DNA of 64,000 nucleotides from an uncultured Chloroflexia bacterium. Lineage in GTDB: Bacteria; Chloroflexota; Chloroflexia; QHBQ01; JADMIH01. Positions 58,352-64,000 of this stretch are shown in pieces (the first letter of the stretch is position 1; every line of letters begins with the position of its first letter). The notes below the pieces were generated by a model, which was given only the letters and a program-made list of their open reading frames with translations, searched no databases and was not told the origin of the DNA. The stretch covers positions 192,001 to 256,000 of the forward strand of contig CAWCNY010000004.1 of NCBI GenBank assembly GCA_963797095.1. The letters are read 5' to 3'. The position numbers were made by a program, and so were the translations under genes.

Positions 58352-59086
58352 TCAAGCCCTGTTGACCGCCGTTTCGCTCACCTGCACTTGCGCTTTGGGA
58401 AGTGACACGCGAATACTTTGCAGGTAGCCTATGAACATTATTACCACACCGACGAAGATGCCTATGTTGTGATATTCGGGGTTGGTGAGGCCTGTTACAC
58501 CGAGGATGGTGCCGCCTGTAGCCGCTATTATCGTACCCAACGCAATGAGCACTACCCCGATCATTCGCTCCTTCATGATTCGCTTGCGCCAGAACACATA
58601 GGCCGACCACAACGCCCCACCCGCGACAATGACTGTGCCAAGACCGTTGCTGAGACCGGCCATAAGACGAGGTCCCGCATTATTTACCACCACCGCTCGC
58701 CAGCCGTTCACCTCTGACAGGGTGGGGGTGTCTAAGGGGACTGTGAAAACCAATATGGCTGCGACGACCGCAAATAGGCCCATGATCGCGAGGGCGATGT
58801 TGGCAACGCGGCGTGAAAATAGGAGGTAGATTGTGCCAATGCCAAGCAGCCCAACTACGAGAATGCCGCCCATCAGGTAGTAGAGCCTGGAAGCCAAATC
58901 GGTCCAGGTGCCTGCCAGTTCGGACCATACCTCACAAGCGGCGGCAATTGCGAATAGGGAGAACGATATGCCCCAGACGAGTTCATGGGGCCTGCGCTTG
59001 CCGCCAAAGTAGCGGTTCAATAGCACACTGGCGAAAACCGCGCCAATCAAGGTGACCGACAAGGGCAACAGTGTCAATGCTGGCAT
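58352..59086 (-). CDS. 7-TM membrane protein
   Basis: seven hydrophobic segments; HELVW and LGIGTIYLL. Confidence 0.75.
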   Translation of the reverse strand: MPALTLLPLSVTLIGAVFASVLLNRYFGGKRRPHELVWGISFSLFAIAAACEVWSELAGTWTDLASRLYYLMGGILVVGLLGIGTIYLLFSRRVANIALAIMGLFAVVAAILVFTVPLDTPTLSEVNGWRAVVVNNAGPRLMAGLSNGLGTVIVAGGALWSAYVFWRKRIMKERMIGVVLIALGTIIAATGGTILGVTGLTNPEYHNIGIFVGVVIMFIGYLQSIRVSLPKAQVQVSETAVNRA

Positions 59087-59471
59087 ACTCTATCCCCTAA
59101 TGTAGCTTGGATTTCAGAATTCGGATCCTGGATTCAGGGCTGAATTTTGAAGGCAGGAGCGATCAGATCGCTGAGACAGTTTACTACCTGATGGGAGGTG
59201 GAGGCAAGCGGCGCGGCGTTAAGAATGCATTAATTAAGCGAGGCATGGTCACAATTCATTTTTCGTGCGTGGAGAAGCAGCAACTTCACGTGGAAACAGC
59301 CCATTTCGGCTGCATTGGGCGGGCATGTGGCATATCTCCAGGCGTGCGACAAAAGCCCGATTCTGAATTATGACCACGCCTCAATTAAGCCCCGCTTATT
59401 TGACATGAGAGCGCCTTTCCGTTATAGTTTTATATTGTCCTGAATCTTATTGGACGCAGGAGAACCGATTC

Positions 59472-61823
59472 TTGAAGAACCTTTTGGGTCGATTAATGAG
59501 CAGGCCGTTCGAAGAGTTGCGGTCGATAGCAGCCACGTGGGGCACCCTTACACGTGACGCCAATCCATCGCAGAACGACCTGGCAATCGCGGCATACCAC
59601 ACAATGGTTGACCCTTCTGCAATGCGGGCGATCTGGGAAAGCCTCGATTTGGAAGACCGCGCATTTCTTTCGTGGCTTATCAACCAGCGCAATATGCTGT
59701 CGATTGTAGATGATTTGCCTGGATTGATCGACAGGCCACCCGACGAAACAGCCGCGCTTCTTGAGCGCCTGCGCAGGATAGGGTTGGTAGACGTAGATGA
59801 GGTGATGGTAAGGGGAAGTAGGGTGGTTTCGTCCGGCGATAATCTTTACGCATGGGCGGCACGGAACAACAGCGAAGCGGTGCCTCGGAGGGTGGTGTCG
59901 ATTGCTACCGAGGCAGCGAAAGTTCTGCGCGAGGTTCTTGAGGAAAGCAAACGTAGCGCGCCATTTGATGAGCCATTCCACGCCCTTCTTGAGAACCACG
60001 AACAGATTGAGATCCAGCGAATCGCCTCGACGTGGAAATTGCCGGAAGCTACGCGATACTACAAGTCGGAATTGATCGGCATCATGAGCGAGTTCCTCGC
60101 AACAGGGCAAGGGAAAACGATCCTCCTGAATTCGCTGTCGCCTGCCGCGCAGAGTTTATTTGCGTATCTTGAGGCGGAAGGTGGCAAGGCTTCGGCAGGG
60201 GCAATAAAGACGCACTTCGGGTGGGGCGAGCGCGAATTGAGAGCAGCATCGCTTGGATTGATCCAGCGGGCGTTGGTGTGGGACGTGCTGGACAGTGATA
60301 AGCGATTTCTATTCATCCCGCGTGATATGCTAAAGGGCGGCCTGTCGGGAGGAGCAAGGATCCCGGCTTACGCACAGCCCAAGCTCGATGCGCCCGCGCC
60401 GTACGCGATCCTCAGCCGTTATCCTTATGAGATGGCCTGGGACCTGCTGACCCTACTGGCGGAAGCCTCGCACACCGACCTGCAACTGACATTACAGGAT
60501 ACACGCCTAACCAAGCGGGTGGCGAAGAAGATCAATGAGAGCTTCTTGCAACCTGAGGATATGAAGACCGGCAGTACCAGCGAATATGTTGATGTGGTGG
60601 TGCATATGGCGCAGGTGCTCGGTCTGCTGATTGAGCGTGAGTCGGACCAACCGGCGCTGGCGCTGTCTTCCAGATCGGAAGAATGGGCCAATTACACATT
60701 GGACGCACAGAGGCGGAGGTTGTTTGCGCTGTGGCTGGAGGATCGCAAATGGAGCGAACCGGCGACATACGGAACAATCTACTGGTGGAACAGCGACCTT
60801 ACAGGGGCACGCAAGCGACTTGTAAAGCACCTGCTTGAACTGCCCGCTATGAAGTGGATATCGCTTGAAGGCTTCCTGAAGTCGATCCACCTGACAGAGC
60901 CCTTCATTATCTGGGGACAGGAAGAGCTGGTGCGGCGTTACGGACTGCGCGCATTACAGGGTTTCAGAAACCAATGGTACGATATCGAAGGCAGGATCGT
61001 GGCCGATATGATCCGCACTATGCTGCACTGGCTCGGGGTAGTGGACCTGGGGCGGGACAAGCAGAAGCGCTTCCTTTCTTTCAGGCTAACGGAGTCGGCG
61101 CGGTCGCTGCTTGACCCTGAACACGAACGAAGTGATGGGAACGGCGTGCGCGAAGTTGCCTCTTCGATCCTGGTACAGCCCAACTTCGAGGTGCTGGTGC
61201 TACACCCTGACAGCAGGGTATTGTGGACGCTGGTGCGGATGGCCGACCTGGTCAGGCACGACCGGGTTAGCGTTTACAATATCAACAAGGAAAGCGTGCT
61301 ACGCGCAGTGGAAGGGGGACTGGAAGCGTCGAAGATTGTGGACTTCCTGGTGGCTAACACCGACAAGCAGCTACCTCAGAATGTTGCGCAGTCAATAAGC
61401 GATTGGGCGCGGCTGATCAAACATGCACACGTGCGTAAGGTCACTCTCATTGAGGTTGATGAGCCATCGGTGATGGACGAGATGCTGGCCGGGCGCAAAA
61501 CCCGCAAGTTTATCCTGCGGAGACTTTCGCCGACGGTGGCGCTGGCTGCGCTGCCCGACCTGGGCGACACGGCGAGGGACGATCCGTGGCAGAGGCTGGT
61601 CAAGGACCTGCGGGCGGCAGGCTACGTTCCTCATTTCACCAGCGAGCTGGTGCCGGAAGAGCTACCACATCACAGGGAGAACGCCAACGGCAGCAGGCCG
61701 GATGCGAGCCCTACGTCTCCTAATGTCTTCGGAACAGCGGGAACGCATAGTAGCGAGACCGATGACGGGCGGACCGGCAGCACAACGAGGCGGCGGAGAA
61801 GCTCGTCGCGCAATTCGGCGTAG
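59472..61823 (+). CDS. helicase-associated (XPB C-terminal/Helicase_C_3-like) domain protein
   Basis: ILVQPNFEVLV...YNINKESVLRAVEGG...LPQNVAQSISDW; AGGAG RBS. Confidence 0.8.
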   Translation: MKNLLGRLMSRPFEELRSIAATWGTLTRDANPSQNDLAIAAYHTMVDPSAMRAIWESLDLEDRAFLSWLINQRNMLSIVDDLPGLIDRPPDETAALLERLRRIGLVDVDEVMVRGSRVVSSGDNLYAWAARNNSEAVPRRVVSIATEAAKVLREVLEESKRSAPFDEPFHALLENHEQIEIQRIASTWKLPEATRYYKSELIGIMSEFLATGQGKTILLNSLSPAAQSLFAYLEAEGGKASAGAIKTHFGWGERELRAASLGLIQRALVWDVLDSDKRFLFIPRDMLKGGLSGGARIPAYAQPKLDAPAPYAILSRYPYEMAWDLLTLLAEASHTDLQLTLQDTRLTKRVAKKINESFLQPEDMKTGSTSEYVDVVVHMAQVLGLLIERESDQPALALSSRSEEWANYTLDAQRRRLFALWLEDRKWSEPATYGTIYWWNSDLTGARKRLVKHLLELPAMKWISLEGFLKSIHLTEPFIIWGQEELVRRYGLRALQGFRNQWYDIEGRIVADMIRTMLHWLGVVDLGRDKQKRFLSFRLTESARSLLDPEHERSDGNGVREVASSILVQPNFEVLVLHPDSRVLWTLVRMADLVRHDRVSVYNINKESVLRAVEGGLEASKIVDFLVANTDKQLPQNVAQSISDWARLIKHAHVRKVTLIEVDEPSVMDEMLAGRKTRKFILRRLSPTVALAALPDLGDTARDDPWQRLVKDLRAAGYVPHFTSELVPEELPHHRENANGSRPDASPTSPNVFGTAGTHSSETDDGRTGSTTRRRRSSSRNSA

Positions 61824-61834
61824 AGAGGGCAGGG

Positions 61835-62413
61835 ATGATCGCAGGTCTGGAAGGGGTTGTCTCCTCTATTGGAGCCGACCATGTCGTGCTGAACGTGTCG
61901 GGCGTGTATTACCGCGTGTTTATGCCGGGCACCGCTGTTGCCGAGGTTGGCAGGGTGGGTGAGACGGCACGAGTGCACACGTTCCTTTATGTGCGAGAGG
62001 ACCAGTTGGCCCTCTATGGAACACCTGACGAGCGTGGGATCAAGATGTTCGAGACGCTGCTGGGAGTGAGCGGGATCGGTCCGAAGGTGGCGCTATCGAT
62101 TCTGGGCACAATGCCTGTTGAGGCGCTGGAAAACGCCATCAGCGCGGGAAATGTAGATTTGCTTACGCGGATCCCAGGAATAGGGCGCAAGACCGCTTCG
62201 CGACTCGTACTGGAATTGAAAGGAAAACTGGACATCATGGCCGCGATCGGGATTACGGCCACACCCAGCGCGGCCAGCGAAGTGGTGGAAGCCCTGACCG
62301 GCTTGGGCTATAGCCCCGCAGAGATTCAGGCCTCGCTTTCGGACCTGTCAAAGGGCGTCGAGTATACGACCGAAGAGATGGTCCTGCACGCGCTGAAGCG
62401 GCTAGGCAGGTGA
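61835..62413 (+). CDS. ruvA: Holliday junction DNA helicase subunit RuvA
   Basis: MIAGLEG, VREDQLALYG, VSGIGPKVAL, IPGIGRKTA, EALTGLGY. Confidence 0.95.
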   Translation: MIAGLEGVVSSIGADHVVLNVSGVYYRVFMPGTAVAEVGRVGETARVHTFLYVREDQLALYGTPDERGIKMFETLLGVSGIGPKVALSILGTMPVEALENAISAGNVDLLTRIPGIGRKTASRLVLELKGKLDIMAAIGITATPSAASEVVEALTGLGYSPAEIQASLSDLSKGVEYTTEEMVLHALKRLGR

Positions 62414-63120
62414 CGGCCCCGGCCAACGCAAAGATATTGGTGCTGGCTTCGGGTTCACCGCGCAGGCTCGAATTGATCGGGCGTGTGGTGCCTGCATTTG
62501 TTTCCCTCGTATCGACTGTTGAAGAAGCAGGCTCGGACCGCCTGCCGGATTTCGACTTCCCACCTTTGAACCTGGCACCGCCTTTTCCCGTGCCTGACGA
62601 GCAGGACCCCCGGTTGTGGGCATGGCGCAAGGCGGTTGACGTGATCGAGACATATCGAGAGCGTATCGCGCCTGGCACGCTAGTGCTTGGAGCGGATACG
62701 GTTGTGGTAGGCCCTGGGCGTCTGCTGGGAAAGCCGAAGGACCAAGCAGATGCAATCGACATGCTGAGATTGCTTGCAGGCACTTATCATTACGTGGTGA
62801 CGGGCTTTGTGATGGTGCGGGTAGGGGGCGAGGAAAGCGAGACGATCCACCATGAGGCAGTGATATCCACCGTCTTTATGCGCGATTATGGGCTTGCAGA
62901 ATTAGAGGGATATGTCGCAACGCCCGAACCTTACGATAAGGCGGGCGCATACGCGCTGCAAGGAGAAGGTGGCAAATTGGTGAGCGGGGTGGAGGGGTGC
63001 ATCAACAACGTGGTTGGGTTGCCCCTGTGCGGAGTGAGGAGAGCGCTTGCGGCCAGTGAAGGAGAGGTTCTGCCCTATCCATACGGCGGGTACTGCGAAC
63101 ACTGCCAGCTAGTCGGGTAG
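62410..63120 (+). CDS. maf: Maf family nucleoside triphosphate pyrophosphatase
   Basis: LASGSPRR, GADTVV, LGKP, DKAGAYALQG, NVVGLP. Confidence 0.92.
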   Translation: MTAPANAKILVLASGSPRRLELIGRVVPAFVSLVSTVEEAGSDRLPDFDFPPLNLAPPFPVPDEQDPRLWAWRKAVDVIETYRERIAPGTLVLGADTVVVGPGRLLGKPKDQADAIDMLRLLAGTYHYVVTGFVMVRVGGEESETIHHEAVISTVFMRDYGLAELEGYVATPEPYDKAGAYALQGEGGKLVSGVEGCINNVVGLPLCGVRRALAASEGEVLPYPYGGYCEHCQLVG

Positions 63121-63135
63121 AGTCCAGGTGCCCGA

Positions 63136-63999
63136 TCAGATGAAGCGGGTGAATACTTCGTTGCCGAGCAAACGCCCACGGGACGTGAGGCGCACATTGT
63201 CGCCGGAGGTTTCCAGCAAGGCGAGGGCGTGCAATTGCTCTAATTGTTGGGGGAAGACGGTCTCAAGATCGTCGTTGAAGCGGCGCTTGAATTCAAGCCT
63301 GTTGATGCCGTCGTTGAGCCTGAGGCCAAGCATCATGAACTCACCTATCTCTTCTTCGCGGCTGACCGTGTAGTGTTCGGCAAGCACGGACCGGTCTTGA
63401 CCGATCCGGGTGATGTATTCACCGGGAGATAGGAGAGTTGAATAACGCGTGTTGCCCCAGTAGCCCGATGCACCAGGCCCGAAGGCGAGGTAACGCTGAT
63501 CGTGCCAGTAGATGAGGTTATGAGCGCACGGCTCGCTACGAGTCCAGTTTGATATTTCATACTGCCTGTAGCCGGCAGCAGCCAGACGAGCACAGATCAA
63601 TTCGTACATGTCGGCGGTCTCATCTTCGTCGGGCACTTTTATCAGACCGCGCTGCACGCCTACATAGAGGGGAGTGTGTTCCTCGACGATCAGCGAGTAG
63701 CATGAAAGATGCTCCGGCAAGGGAGATACGGTGAGCAGGCGATCAAGCATCGTTTCAAGGTGAGCGAGGTCCTGGCCGGGCAAACCGAAGATGAAATCGA
63801 GGTTGATGCGTGTGAAGCCGGCTTCCATGGCGAGTCGATATGATTCGAGAGCGCCTTCCGCACTGTGGATCCGGCCCAGTTTCTTCAGCATGGGATCGTC
63901 GAGGACCTGCACGCCCATGCTCAGCCGGTTTATGCCTGCCTGGATATAGCCCTCGAATTTCTCACGGCTGATCGTGCCGGGATTGGCCTCCATTGTCAC
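63136..63999 (-). CDS. hemW: radical SAM haem chaperone HemW (HemN-like), 5'-truncated by the window end
   Basis: TMEANPG, NRLSMGVQ, NLDFIFGLPGQ, HLSCYSL, YEISNW, HNLIYW. Confidence 0.9.
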   Translation of the reverse strand: MTMEANPGTISREKFEGYIQAGINRLSMGVQVLDDPMLKKLGRIHSAEGALESYRLAMEAGFTRINLDFIFGLPGQDLAHLETMLDRLLTVSPLPEHLSCYSLIVEEHTPLYVGVQRGLIKVPDEDETADMYELICARLAAAGYRQYEISNWTRSEPCAHNLIYWHDQRYLAFGPGASGYWGNTRYSTLLSPGEYITRIGQDRSVLAEHYTVSREEEIGEFMMLGLRLNDGINRLEFKRRFNDDLETVFPQQLEQLHALALLETSGDNVRLTSRGRLLGNEVFTRFI

Positions 64000-64000
64000 C

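Overview
64 kb of GC-rich bacterial chromosome, most likely Chloroflexota (inferred from the 'WQRTD..V...RTWVWGP...QYFDKARME' secreted protein, the DUF5679-like protein and the intergenic repeat types). Most of it is housekeeping and metabolism: pimA-like/pgsA, rlmN, smc, korAB, clpB, rph, polA, lepA, suhB-like, ruvA, maf, hemW. The standout region is an ~11.5 kb co-oriented respiratory cluster (21176-32634). It encodes a split b6-type Rieske/cytochrome b complex, a dihaem cytochrome c, an orphan EbdC/DOMON-type haem-b protein, a cbb3 oxidase with rearranged CcoO/CcoP and several small membrane proteins. It ends with a 658-aa membrane protein made of three tandem copies of the C-terminal 4-helix 'HxH' unit of CcoN, with no CuB ligands. 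Also present are a nested IS200/IS605 (tnpB) plus IS50-like relic whose ends can be reconstructed, composite palindromic repeats flanking clpB, two single-lesion broken genes, and a J-domain/TM/SurA-like fusion. I saw no rRNA, tRNA or CRISPR array. All family calls come from motif recognition by eye; no database searches were run.
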